NCBI GenBank assembly: GCA_041739665.1
Contig: JBGSNK010000062.1
Location: 18,063-82,062, forward strand
Length of the DNA: 64,000 bases
Direction of reading: 5' to 3'
Source of the DNA: Bdellovibrionales bacterium
Lineage (GTDB): Bacteria > Bdellovibrionota > Bdellovibrionia > Bdellovibrionales > JAGQZY01
Position numbers and translations under genes: made by a program. Below are positions 1-9,428 of this stretch, one piece after another (the first letter of the stretch is position 1; each line of letters opens with the position of its first letter). A model generated the notes under the pieces. It saw only the letters and a list, made by a program, of their open reading frames with translations. It searched no databases and was not told the DNA's origin.

Positions 1-13
1 ACAATAACAACGT

Positions 14-1999
14 CTATTCAGAAAGGGTAGTGGAAGATAATTGAACTCTCAGTTTTCCCTGACTCAGGGATGAGCCAGCAGGCGGCGAAACACTTTGCAC
101 CCGCCCTTCACCACTCCATGAGAGAGAAAGGTCTTGCCCCTGCAATCTTTTAAGAACTTCACGCAGGGTGAGCCCCTTGAGGTCGGGGACCTTTTGCCAC
201 TTAGGCTGAGCCTGGCTCCAAGTTTGCAAATTTTCTTTTTTCACTTTATTTTCTTTAACAGATCTGTCTTTGTTTTCTCTGTCCTCAATACGGATAAGAT
301 CCTGATTACTGACATAGACGGGAATAGTGCGATCCCTGCGTAGGGCGTATTGCGCAATGTTTCTAAAAATCGGAGCTGCGACCGTAGAAGCGTAATAATC
401 TTTTTTCATTGGACTATCCACCGCCACATAAATCACATATTTGGGATTGTTGGCAGGTACAAAACCCGCAAAACTAGAAATATAGTGACCTTTTAAGTAG
501 CCGCGCCCGTTGGGATCCACCTTTTGTGCCGTTCCAGTTTTACCAGCAACTGGAAAACCATCAACCCGAGCCTTGTATCCAGAGCGTCCTTCCAGAACAA
601 CCGAGGACAACATCATTTTCATCAGGTTGGCGTCTTTTGGACTCATCACTCGACGTATTACTTTTTTTTCGGTGGACAGCATTTGACCACTTTCAATATC
701 GCGCACTTCTTTTAGCAAATAGGGCTCGTGCAAAACTCCACCGTTGGCGATGGCTGCATATGCGTTGGCTACCTGCAATGCTGTAACTGCAATGCCGTGA
801 CCAAAAGAAATATTGGCAGCTAAATGATCTCGCCACGGTGGACTCGAAAGCAAACCACGCGCCTCTCCTGATAGCTCGACTCCAGTTTTATCACCAAAAC
901 CAAAATCTTGCAGTGTCTCGAAAAGTTTTTTGTCGGTCATCATTAACGCTATTTTAGATGTTCCAACATTTGATGAATGAGCGAGGATATCGCTGACACT
1001 GAGCTCTTTAAAAGCATGTTTTTTATCAGCTTCGCGAATCACCCTGTTGCCAATTTTAAATTGACCACTCTCGGTATTGATCTTTGTATTGGGTTCGATA
1101 AGTCCACGGCTGATGGCCCCACTCACAGTGAAGGATTTCATCACGCTTCCAGCCTCGAAAACATCGTGAATGGTTTTATTGCGTCGAGCTTGTGCGCTGT
1201 ATTGCAATGCCTGATTGGCATCAAAGGAGGGGTAGTTGGCCATTGCTAAAACTTCGGACGTGTCAGGGTCTAGAACCACAGCCAAGGCCGAAGCGGCCTT
1301 GTGCTCATGAACTGCAGCTTCAAGATGAGACTCCACCCAATACTGCAAATCCTTGTCGAGAGTGAGAATCAAGTCAGAACCGCCCGGGCTAGAGGCAAAC
1401 ACATGACCATCTTTGACGAGGACGCGGCCTCGGGCATCTCTTTGCACCCGCAACTGCCTTCCATCCCCACTTAAAGTGTCTTCAAATTTTTTTTCAACCC
1501 CACTTAATCCCTGTTGTTCTCGGCCGACAAACCCTATCACTGGGGCTGCTAGGGTTTTTCCTGGATAAATCCTTTTAAACTCTTCCTTAAAAGCCAAGCC
1601 TCGAATACCCCATCCCTTAATGACCTCATATTCAGAGCGATCTAAACGCCGGCGCAACCACACAAAACGCTGGTTTTTATTCGCTATTTTTTTATGAACA
1701 CTTCGGAAGGGAATCTTAAAATGACGGGCTATTTTTTGTGCGACGGCATAGGGGTCTTCGATAATTTGGGGGTCGGCAAATAGAGAGTAAGCTGTGATCG
1801 AGACGGCAAGTTCCCGTCCTTCGCGATCGAGAATGTCACCACGGCGAGGCGCCACCCTGATCATTCGGTTAAATTGCTTTTGCTTGATCTCAGCCAATGG
1901 CAAATCAGGATTGAGCTGAAGATAGGCGCCACGTCCCAACATCAATGCCCATAAACACATAACAAATAAAACAACTAATATTAAACGAGCTTTAGACAC
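14..1999 (-). CDS. ftsI: Class B penicillin-binding protein / septal peptidoglycan D,D-transpeptidase (FtsI/PBP3-like) with C-terminal PASTA-like segment
   Basis: 661-aa ORF with a GTG start and an N-terminal membrane anchor. Transpeptidase motifs SxxK (SVMK), SxN (SSN) and KTG (KTGTA) are present. Gene order is mraZ-rsmH-ftsL-this gene. The C-terminal stretch KVPDLKGLTLREVLKRL...VQSVSPPAGSSL fits the PASTA pattern. Confidence 0.85.
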   Translation of the reverse strand: MSKARLILVVLFVMCLWALMLGRGAYLQLNPDLPLAEIKQKQFNRMIRVAPRRGDILDREGRELAVSITAYSLFADPQIIEDPYAVAQKIARHFKIPFRSVHKKIANKNQRFVWLRRRLDRSEYEVIKGWGIRGLAFKEEFKRIYPGKTLAAPVIGFVGREQQGLSGVEKKFEDTLSGDGRQLRVQRDARGRVLVKDGHVFASSPGGSDLILTLDKDLQYWVESHLEAAVHEHKAASALAVVLDPDTSEVLAMANYPSFDANQALQYSAQARRNKTIHDVFEAGSVMKSFTVSGAISRGLIEPNTKINTESGQFKIGNRVIREADKKHAFKELSVSDILAHSSNVGTSKIALMMTDKKLFETLQDFGFGDKTGVELSGEARGLLSSPPWRDHLAANISFGHGIAVTALQVANAYAAIANGGVLHEPYLLKEVRDIESGQMLSTEKKVIRRVMSPKDANLMKMMLSSVVLEGRSGYKARVDGFPVAGKTGTAQKVDPNGRGYLKGHYISSFAGFVPANNPKYVIYVAVDSPMKKDYYASTVAAPIFRNIAQYALRRDRTIPVYVSNQDLIRIEDRENKDRSVKENKVKKENLQTWSQAQPKWQKVPDLKGLTLREVLKRLQGQDLSLSWSGEGRVQSVSPPAGSSLSQGKLRVQLSSTTLSE

Positions 2000-2065
2000 A
2001 ATAACTCACCTCACTCTGTTATTATGGCAAGTGGGATGTGGAGGTTCAAGGTCGAAAAGTGGCTT

Positions 2066-2365
2066 TCATTGAACGAAAGCTAGACCTTCTCCCGTCATTT
2101 GGATGATTTGCCCCTCTTGTGCTTTTTTCATCGGTAAGCGTTGGGTCGCGACAAACTGAACGCGCTCGGGGCCGGTCATCTGTGCCAATTGCAAAGAGCG
2201 TTCGCGCTGTTGGTTGCGTAAATCTTTTTCAATCGCGGCCAATTGCATAAATGAATAGCCCATGCGACGATTCTCCATTTTGATAAACGCGATCCCAAAC
2301 AAAAAACACATCATAAGAACAATACTGACAAAAGGTTTGATCGTGTTAACTTGTTGCTGACTCAT
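2066..2365 (-). CDS. ftsL: Cell division protein FtsL-like (small bitopic coiled-coil protein)
   Basis: 99 aa with a single TM helix (FVSIVLMMCFLFGIAFI) followed by a coiled-coil-like region. It sits in the conserved position between rsmH and ftsI. Confidence 0.6.
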   Translation of the reverse strand: MSQQQVNTIKPFVSIVLMMCFLFGIAFIKMENRRMGYSFMQLAAIEKDLRNQQRERSLQLAQMTGPERVQFVATQRLPMKKAQEGQIIQMTGEGLAFVQ

Positions 2366-2473
2366 ATAAACTCCGTTTCAGTTTTCTACTTTAAATTTAA
2401 AATCCGTTTGCAATCTTTAGCTTTCTATATCCTCATTCGTCCATTCTCAATTTTAGCTTAGTAAATAGCCGTG

Positions 2474-3397
2474 TTAAATAGTCTTATCTTTTAAACTCTC
2501 TTGAATGATTCTCTCAAAGGCACGCAGCTTAGCACTGCGAGATCTTTTGTTTTCTACTTCTTCAAGACGAGTGGGCTTGATCACTTTTTTATTTACAGGC
2601 TGTCCAAGGTCGGACTGCTTAAAAACCTGTTTGACGATGCGATCTTCTAAAGAGTGAAAAGTGATGACCACCAAACGTCCGCCAGGCACCAAGTGATTCA
2701 TCAAGCCCTGCAAACCCTCTTTGAGGTCTTCGAGCTCTTTATTAACAACCAAGCGAAGAGCCATAAAATATTGAGTGGCCGGGTGCTTGCCTTTTTTTCT
2801 CCAGCCGACCGAGCGCTCGATGAGACTGGAAAGCTCTTGTGTGGTCGCAATATTGCCTTTTTTACGCTCGCGCATGATCGTTTTGACCACGTTATAGGGT
2901 TTAAAAACTTCTCCGTAGTCTTTGAATATATCGACCAACTCTTCTTCGCTCCAATAATTGATGATTTCTTCGGCGGTGAGGGGAGCGCGCTGATCCATGC
3001 GCATATCAAGCGGGCCTTGATGATAAAAAGAAAAACCTCTGGACCCTTGGTCAAGCTGGGGGGAGCTGACACCAAGGTCCAGGAGGATCATATCGTATTT
3101 TTGTGGCCAATTACGGCTTTCAATAACTTTATCAAGACTGGCAAAGCTTGCTTGTTCAATAAAGAACTTTTTACTTTGGATTTTTTTGTCCCACTTCTCT
3201 TTTGCAAACTCTATAGCTTCCTTGTCTTTATCCAAGGCGTAGATATCGAGCTCAGGGAAATGCTCACTGATTCGCTCGGCGTGACCACCCCGTCCAAAAG
3301 TGCCATCCAAATAATTTTTTGGCTGCTCGACGCCTGCTTGAGCAAACATTTCCATAACTTCGTTAACCATAACGGGATAATGATTATTTTTATGCAT
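2474..3397 (-). CDS. rsmH: 16S rRNA (cytosine1402-N4)-methyltransferase RsmH (MraW)
   Basis: 307 aa with family motifs DGTFGRGGH, LLDLGVSSPQLD and ITFHSLEDR. It overlaps the mraZ stop by 8 nt. Confidence 0.9.
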   Translation of the reverse strand: MHKNNHYPVMVNEVMEMFAQAGVEQPKNYLDGTFGRGGHAERISEHFPELDIYALDKDKEAIEFAKEKWDKKIQSKKFFIEQASFASLDKVIESRNWPQKYDMILLDLGVSSPQLDQGSRGFSFYHQGPLDMRMDQRAPLTAEEIINYWSEEELVDIFKDYGEVFKPYNVVKTIMRERKKGNIATTQELSSLIERSVGWRKKGKHPATQYFMALRLVVNKELEDLKEGLQGLMNHLVPGGRLVVITFHSLEDRIVKQVFKQSDLGQPVNKKVIKPTRLEEVENKRSRSAKLRAFERIIQESLKDKTI

Positions 3398-3851
3398 GCC
3401 CTACTCCCATATCCAAGTTGGCAATGACTCCGAGTGTGTCTTCAAAATCGGTTGCCAAGTTATCAAATATTTTTTGCCAATCTGATAGGTTCCATACCTC
3501 AAGTTTGGTTCCCATTCCAACAATGACGATTTGGTCTTCGAGTCCAGCGTACTCGCGCAAACTTTTTGGAATGAGAACTCGCCCCTGAGAGCCGGCCTCT
3601 ACATATTGGCCACCAGCAATATAAAAGCGTTGAAAAGCCTGTACTTCTTTTTTGAGTGGTGAAAGCTGGGCAATGCGGCTCTCAAGTTTCTCCCACTCCT
3701 CTTTCGTATAAACATCCAGACAACGACATCCTTGATACTGGCTATTGGTAATGACGAAGGATGAATTTTCAGAGGCACTCAGGGCAGAGGGAAGATTGAG
3801 TCTTCCTTTGCCGTCTAGCTTAATTTCAAAGCGCCCTCTTAACTCTTTCAC
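3390..3851 (-). CDS. mraZ: Transcriptional regulator MraZ
   Basis: 153 aa with a GTG start. It has two SpoVT/AbrB-like halves (LDGKGRLNLPSAL and GRVLIPKSLREY) and is the first gene of the dcw cluster. Confidence 0.9.
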   Translation of the reverse strand: MKELRGRFEIKLDGKGRLNLPSALSASENSSFVITNSQYQGCRCLDVYTKEEWEKLESRIAQLSPLKKEVQAFQRFYIAGGQYVEAGSQGRVLIPKSLREYAGLEDQIVIVGMGTKLEVWNLSDWQKIFDNLATDFEDTLGVIANLDMGVGHA

Positions 3852-3878
3852 TCACCCATCCTAGGTTTTCGGGGTTTT

Positions 3879-3926
3879 CCACTTAGAGCCACTTTCGCTC
3901 CACTTTTCCCCACTTTTCTCCACTTT
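3879..3926 (-). promoter_or_regulatory. Array of five direct AAAGTGG-type repeats (putative MraZ operator) upstream of mraZ
   Basis: On the plus strand CCACT recurs at 3879, 3889, 3900, 3910 and 3920, giving spacings of 10, 11, 10 and 10 nt. On the mraZ strand this reads (A)AAGTGG five times in helical phase, 28-75 nt upstream of the mraZ GTG. Confidence 0.55.
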
Positions 3927-4023
3927 ACGGCAGACGACCTGTCGCGTCAAATTTATTGAAACAGGACCAATCCTCTTGTCTGGCTATGTTAGACTTTGCA
4001 TTTAAGGAGCAAGGTCCAGCGCC

Positions 4024-4950
4024 ATGATGGTCAACTGTCCGAAATGTAGCTTATTACAACCCAAAGACCAGTATTGTGCCCGCTGTGGTATCAATATGGA
4101 AACCTGGCAGCCACCTCCCCAACCATTGTGGAAAAAAATAATCACCAATTGGATGGTTCAACTGGCGGTCCTCTTTACCCTTATTTTCTTCATTGTATTA
4201 AGGGACAATTTAAAGAGTGGTGGCCCACAAGAAGAAGCGGCGACGCCGATTATGGCGGAACAAAACTTTTACCAGAGCCGTGAGCAAAGCTTTCAGCAAG
4301 CTAGTGCGCCCCCCACTCAAACCGATCAACCCTCCTCTAGGTTGCAAAAAGTAGCGGCAAAGGGTATGTCCGCTGCAAAAGATCCAGTACAAGAAACAGA
4401 AGAAGATACCCGGCTGCTTAAAAGAGCCAATCTACGTGTTTTTCTCATGAGCCGTAGCTTAATAGAAAAATTGGCTCAGAATAGTCAACGTTTAAGCGGA
4501 TCCTCTTTGATTATTCCCAGGATTATATTGAATAAAACTTTGACCGAAAGCCGTACAGAATTTCAAGCTATCGGATCTTTCAGTAACAATTTTGAAATGG
4601 AGCAACCCATTCTCTTTTTTGTTGGAGAAGAGGACCTTGAAACAGGGCTTAACTTGGGCTTTTTTATGCAATTTAATGTGGGAGCTGACAGCACCAAAGA
4701 TCGCATCCAAGTCGAAGCCCGCCATTGGAGCCAGTTGCAGCTCAGCGGCGAGTTGAATCCACAAAGCGTCACGGCGGCCACCCTTTCTCACCAGTCCTCT
4801 CTGATAGTGCTCGACATTGGCGCTCACGATGCGGATTTCAGCCCCGAAGAGAGAAGTCTTTTTGAAGCCAGCCCCAAATTGCGCTCACTCAATGAAAATA
4901 GCTTCTCGGAAGGATTGAGTGAAATCGCCCTTGTGCTGACAATAGAGTGA
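4024..4950 (+). CDS. Hypothetical membrane protein with N-terminal zinc-ribbon (CPKC...CARC)
   Basis: 308-aa ORF with an N-terminal CxxC-x11-CxxC, followed by one TM helix (MVQLAVLFTLIFFIVL). It is divergent from mraZ. No other motif recognised. Confidence 0.5.
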   Translation: MMVNCPKCSLLQPKDQYCARCGINMETWQPPPQPLWKKIITNWMVQLAVLFTLIFFIVLRDNLKSGGPQEEAATPIMAEQNFYQSREQSFQQASAPPTQTDQPSSRLQKVAAKGMSAAKDPVQETEEDTRLLKRANLRVFLMSRSLIEKLAQNSQRLSGSSLIIPRIILNKTLTESRTEFQAIGSFSNNFEMEQPILFFVGEEDLETGLNLGFFMQFNVGADSTKDRIQVEARHWSQLQLSGELNPQSVTAATLSHQSSLIVLDIGAHDADFSPEERSLFEASPKLRSLNENSFSEGLSEIALVLTIE

Positions 4951-4966
4951 ATGTAAGACAAGAACC

Positions 4967-5758
4967 ATGAGCCATAAAATTCAGCAAATCGAACATCACT
5001 ATCCAGAAACTGTCTGCATATTAGATGATTACTACCTTTCATCCTTAGCGGGGCTCTTGAGCCAAAGCCACATTCAACAGCCCCACTTCAATTTTTATTT
5101 GAAGGAGTTTTATAAATATTTTTTTATTCGCGTACTGAATCAAGTGTGGCCAGTTAAAGAAAAAGAAGTGGCCACTCGAATGAGTGAAATCCACCCCGAT
5201 CAAAAAGTTAAAACCCATTTTTTTGACCCCAACTTCCACGCCGTCTGTGTCGACTTGGCCCGTGCGGGCATGGTTCCTAGCCAAGTGATTTTTGATCAGC
5301 TGAACCATCTTGTGACACCTGCAAATGTGCGCCAAGACCATGTTTTTGCCTCGCGTGTCGCCGATAAAAATCAACAGGTCACTCACACTGAATTAAGTTC
5401 TAGTAAAATTGGCGGCCCCATTGAAAATGCGTTTGTGTTTATTCCCGATCCAATGGGTGCCACCGGCCACTCTTTGAGTGAAGTGATCTCTAATTATAAA
5501 AATAATGTGGACGGTGACGCCCACTGCTTTATTTCTTTGCACATGATCATCACACCAGAATTTGTGCGAAAAATGAGCCATGACCACCCCGACACCTTGA
5601 TCTTTGCCGCTCGCCTGGATCGCGGGTTTTCCACACCCGAAGCCCTTGAAATGGCTCCCGGAAAGCTGTGGGATCAAGAAAAAGGGCTGAATGACAGCCA
5701 GTATATTGTCCCTGGGGCAGGTGGTGTGGGAGAACTAATAAATAACTCGTTTGTCTAA
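4967..5758 (+). CDS. Uracil phosphoribosyltransferase-family protein (long form)
   Basis: 263 aa with a PRPP-binding loop FIPDPMGATGHS, LARAG, and a C-terminal YIVPGAGGVGE that matches the UPRT YIVPGLGDAGD motif. It is about 55 aa longer than E. coli Upp and carries an insertion before the C-terminal motif. Confidence 0.65.
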   Translation: MSHKIQQIEHHYPETVCILDDYYLSSLAGLLSQSHIQQPHFNFYLKEFYKYFFIRVLNQVWPVKEKEVATRMSEIHPDQKVKTHFFDPNFHAVCVDLARAGMVPSQVIFDQLNHLVTPANVRQDHVFASRVADKNQQVTHTELSSSKIGGPIENAFVFIPDPMGATGHSLSEVISNYKNNVDGDAHCFISLHMIITPEFVRKMSHDHPDTLIFAARLDRGFSTPEALEMAPGKLWDQEKGLNDSQYIVPGAGGVGELINNSFV

Positions 5759-5775
5759 GTCTTAAGGAGAATGAA

Positions 5776-6306
5776 ATGCGCCCACTACAACTCACCGAAC
5801 TGATCAGCGCCGAAGATGTTCAAAAAAAAGTTCAAGAAATCGGAGCCAAGCTCAGTAAAGAATTTGCCGGAGAAGACTTAACGGCCATCTGCATCCTCAA
5901 GGGCTCTTGTATGTACTACGCGGATTTAGTTCGCAGCATGAACCTGGACATCCAATGTGAATTCATAGGAGTGTCCTCTTATCAGGGCGGAACCACATCA
6001 TCTGGAGAGGTTAAGCTAACCTTAGATCTCACTGTGCCTTTAGAAAATAAAAATGTTTTATTGGTCGAAGACATTGTCGACACCGGCCTGACCATGAACT
6101 ACCTAAAGAAAACTATCGAAGCGCGTATGCCTAAGCGCGTGGTGACGACTTCGCTTTTACTGAAGCCTGCGGCTCTTAAAACCGAATGTTATGTGGATTA
6201 TGTGGGTTTTGAAATTGAAAACCGCTTTGTGGTGGGCTACGGACTGGATTATCAAGGGTATTACCGAAATTTACCCCATATCGCTCAGAGCTCTGATTTT
6301 AACTAA
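5776..6306 (+). CDS. hpt: Hypoxanthine phosphoribosyltransferase
   Basis: 176 aa with PRPP motif VLLVEDIVDTGLTMNYL and a typical Hpt N-terminus and length. Confidence 0.9.
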   Translation: MRPLQLTELISAEDVQKKVQEIGAKLSKEFAGEDLTAICILKGSCMYYADLVRSMNLDIQCEFIGVSSYQGGTTSSGEVKLTLDLTVPLENKNVLLVEDIVDTGLTMNYLKKTIEARMPKRVVTTSLLLKPAALKTECYVDYVGFEIENRFVVGYGLDYQGYYRNLPHIAQSSDFN

Positions 6307-6410
6307 TCCTCGTCCAAACTTTGCTACAGAAATTGGATAACTGTTTAATCTTTGTTAAGTTTGAAACCGTTCCTCTGCCGCTTAGATAGACCACAGCGAC
6401 CTCTCTGAGG

Positions 6411-7820
6411 TTATGAGTTTTGGTGTAGACGCCAGACAATTTTATCGAAGAGATCGCGGACTAACCAGTCGTGCTTGCTCGGACCGTTGTAGATTAAAAC
6501 GAAGGTCACTGGCTCTTGCCCTTTAAGGGGCTTGATATAGCCCGCTAAACTTACAACCCCCGAGAGATAACCGGTTTTAGCTCTCACTTTATTCTTCATT
6601 GTATGATTCAAACGTTTTTCTAAAGTTCCATCGACGCCACTAATAGGCAGTGAAGAAAGAAACTCGGGATAAAGCTGAAATTGATCTTGAGCTTTGACTA
6701 AGAGTTCTCCTAAACGGTCAGCCCTCATCTTGTTGTTATTGGTAAATCCTGATGGGTTTTCAAATTGATACTCATCAGCACTCCAACCTTGTGACTTAAG
6801 ATAACTGGCAATTTTTCTAAGACCCTTGTCGATGTGGCCTGGCTCGCCCTTGTTTTTACCCAAATGTTTAGTGATCATTTCGGCAACAAAATTATTAGAA
6901 AATTTTGCCAAGGCGGCAACAACACGCGGAATTTCCCATCCTTTAAACTCTACGAGCTGGATAGCTTGATCAGGCACTTTTCGTTTCTTTATGTCACCAT
7001 CGTAATGAATACCTGCTTGCTTCATAAAATGCACAAAACTCTCGCCCGTCCAGAGAGCTGCGTCGCCCACACTTTTATAAAAATCTTTTTCTTTGCTGGA
7101 CACACCAATTTGACCCGTCACAGTAACCACCATTTTATTGCCATTCAGTTTTCGCTCAACTTGCAACTTATTCTTATTGCCAGCCACTGTTTTAGCTTTG
7201 TTGACAATCTGGATGCTCGGCAATTCTGGATCCACATAAACGCGAGCCGCTTCTCCACTTTTGGCACCTGGGCGCACGTAAATGGACAAACTATTCCAAT
7301 TGAACGAAAGCCCACTCACGGGCGCATCATAGGCGCGATCCACTCTTTTTGTTTGCCGACCATCGGAGTAATAATTCGTATCAAAGTAGGATTCATCTAC
7401 ATATACTTGTCCCTGAATTTTCTTAATATCACTTCGCTTCAATTCATTCAGCATGAGCCACAATGATTCGGTCACCAAAGTGGGATCCCCACCACCTTTT
7501 AAATACAAATCACCCTTTAAAACGCCATCTTTGATTGTCCCAGTTTTATAGATCCAAGTGAGAAAGCGTTGGTCCATAGTAAACTGATCTAAAAATGTTA
7601 AAGCTGTCGGGATCTTTGATAATGATGCGGGAACAAAGAGTTGGCTAGGATTGACCGACACAATTTCACCTTTGTGCTGGATCCAAATTCCAAAATTCTC
7701 ATGAGATGCTGGCGAATCTGAAATTATTTTATCCAATAGCTTCTGATTGGTCTCTGACCAGGATGAGGCCCATAGGAAATGAGGAAAAAAAACGAAAAGA
7801 ATCCAAAATATTTGCTGCAC
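6411..7820 (-). CDS. dacB: D-alanyl-D-alanine carboxypeptidase/endopeptidase, PBP4 family (peptidase S13)
   Basis: 469 aa with a GTG start and a signal peptide. SxxK is present (SLSKIPT), along with LKGGGDPTL and the PBP4-type C-terminal KTGYL/SGVVSLAGY region. Confidence 0.8.
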   Translation of the reverse strand: MQQIFWILFVFFPHFLWASSWSETNQKLLDKIISDSPASHENFGIWIQHKGEIVSVNPSQLFVPASLSKIPTALTFLDQFTMDQRFLTWIYKTGTIKDGVLKGDLYLKGGGDPTLVTESLWLMLNELKRSDIKKIQGQVYVDESYFDTNYYSDGRQTKRVDRAYDAPVSGLSFNWNSLSIYVRPGAKSGEAARVYVDPELPSIQIVNKAKTVAGNKNKLQVERKLNGNKMVVTVTGQIGVSSKEKDFYKSVGDAALWTGESFVHFMKQAGIHYDGDIKKRKVPDQAIQLVEFKGWEIPRVVAALAKFSNNFVAEMITKHLGKNKGEPGHIDKGLRKIASYLKSQGWSADEYQFENPSGFTNNNKMRADRLGELLVKAQDQFQLYPEFLSSLPISGVDGTLEKRLNHTMKNKVRAKTGYLSGVVSLAGYIKPLKGQEPVTFVLIYNGPSKHDWLVRDLFDKIVWRLHQNS

Positions 7821-7910
7821 TCGAAAGTCCTTTCTAAATAGGGCTACAGGATACTGTCATTTTAAAATTATTTAGACAGTTTTCAATCCACTGGTTAACA
7901 TTAGGCCTGC

Positions 7911-9428
7911 ATGATTGGCCTTATATCTAGGATGACCCTCCTACTCACCTTGCTGAATACAACTCAGTGCACTTGGGTTGCAACTCCTAGTCCCGACACC
8001 TTAGTTGTGGGCCTTAGCGACTCTCCAGTCACACTCGATCCTCGCTTTTCGACAGACGCCACGGGGCAAAGGATTTGTGACTTACTCTTCTCGTCATTGG
8101 TTCAATTAGCACCAAACTTAAGCATTGCTGGAGACCTTGCCGAAGAGTGGACCTACGCAAAAATGACCTATACTTTCAAGATTAAGCCACATGTCTACTT
8201 TCACGACGGCAGTGCTCTGAAAACTGAGGATATCATTTTTAGCCTAAAGCAGTACACTCTGCCAAGCTCACCCTTTTATGGACAGTTCGAGAAAATTAAA
8301 AAATTTGATGCAACTTACAATCTTCAAAGCGGTGGAATTGTCAGAATCCTTTTAAAGGAGTTCTCGGCATCATTTTTAAGTGACCTCACTCTTCTCAAAA
8401 TTTTACCAGAAAAAAATGTGAGTCTTCTCAAAAATAAATTTTACAGTCAACCTATTGGAACCGGCCCTTACCAATTCGCAAATGAGCACAATAATCAACT
8501 GCAATTAAAATCATTTAAAAATTACTTTGGTGCGGAAGCACTTATGGACAACCTCATTTTTAAAACTGTGCGTGATGCGAGCACTCGCTTTCATAAAGTC
8601 TTTGCCGGGGAAATTGATATTGTCCAAGCCGATATTCCACTATCAAAAGTTAAGGTCTTTCAAAAAAGTACAAATTTTGATGTGCAAATCAAGCCCAGCC
8701 TTTCAACGACCTACATCCTAATTAACTTGAATCATCCCAATTTAAAATCTCTAGCATTTCGCAAAGCTATTGCTGCTTCCATTGATGTTGAGCCCATCTT
8801 AAAATATAAATTCGAAGGGTTGGCGGACTCCGCGCAGTCGCTGATGCCAAAGGCCCACCCTGCTCACCTTCCCTCTTTAGTCCACTTAAAATTGCCTCTA
8901 AGTAAAATTAAAAAAATCTTTTCTCAGCAATCTACGAAACCTCTAGTTTTCAAAACTTCAAACAATTTTGACGCCATGGAAAATGGACGCATCCTTGTGC
9001 AACAACTGCAAGAGAAGGGACTAAGAATTCAGCAAAGATCCTTTGAATGGGGCACTCTTTATGAAGACATCAAAAAGGGCAATTTTGAACTAGCTCTCAT
9101 GAAATGGGTGGGCATTACCGATCCAGACCTTTATCGAATTTCACTGCACTCCAAGATGACGCCGCCAGGTCGAAACCGCGGTTTTTACAACAACCCCACT
9201 TTTGATAAGCTGGCTGTGAAAGCCGACCAAGAAGCATATCCACTGGTTCGACAAGATTTGGTCAAACAAATACAAGAGATTATTCATCGCGATCTACCCA
9301 TAATCCCTTTGTGGTACGATCAACAAATTGCTATTATTAATAATCGTGTAAAAGGTTATGAACTACCATTAACAGGAGACTTTTCTGGACTTCTAAAAGT
9401 CTACAAAAACAACCATGACGGAAGATAA
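7911..9428 (+). CDS. ABC-transporter substrate-binding protein, peptide/nickel family (SBP family 5), orphan
   Basis: 505 aa with an N-terminal signal. It has the family-5 pattern (LVVGLSDSPVTLDP..., GTGPYQF, ...WYDQ). No permease or ATPase gene is adjacent. Confidence 0.8.
   Translation: MIGLISRMTLLLTLLNTTQCTWVATPSPDTLVVGLSDSPVTLDPRFSTDATGQRICDLLFSSLVQLAPNLSIAGDLAEEWTYAKMTYTFKIKPHVYFHDGSALKTEDIIFSLKQYTLPSSPFYGQFEKIKKFDATYNLQSGGIVRILLKEFSASFLSDLTLLKILPEKNVSLLKNKFYSQPIGTGPYQFANEHNNQLQLKSFKNYFGAEALMDNLIFKTVRDASTRFHKVFAGEIDIVQADIPLSKVKVFQKSTNFDVQIKPSLSTTYILINLNHPNLKSLAFRKAIAASIDVEPILKYKFEGLADSAQSLMPKAHPAHLPSLVHLKLPLSKIKKIFSQQSTKPLVFKTSNNFDAMENGRILVQQLQEKGLRIQQRSFEWGTLYEDIKKGNFELALMKWVGITDPDLYRISLHSKMTPPGRNRGFYNNPTFDKLAVKADQEAYPLVRQDLVKQIQEIIHRDLPIIPLWYDQQIAIINNRVKGYELPLTGDFSGLLKVYKNNHDGR

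Noticed and set aside
2654-3427. Long antisense ORFs inside well-supported genes. Examples are 2654..3427(+) and 2701..3075(-) in rsmH, 6834..7466(+) in dacB, 21078..21713(+) in tsaD, 22011..22490(+) in cpoB and 47600..48025(-).
   Set aside because: They lie opposite or out of frame within genes with clear family motifs. They have odd composition and no start-site signals, so they are treated as shadow ORFs.
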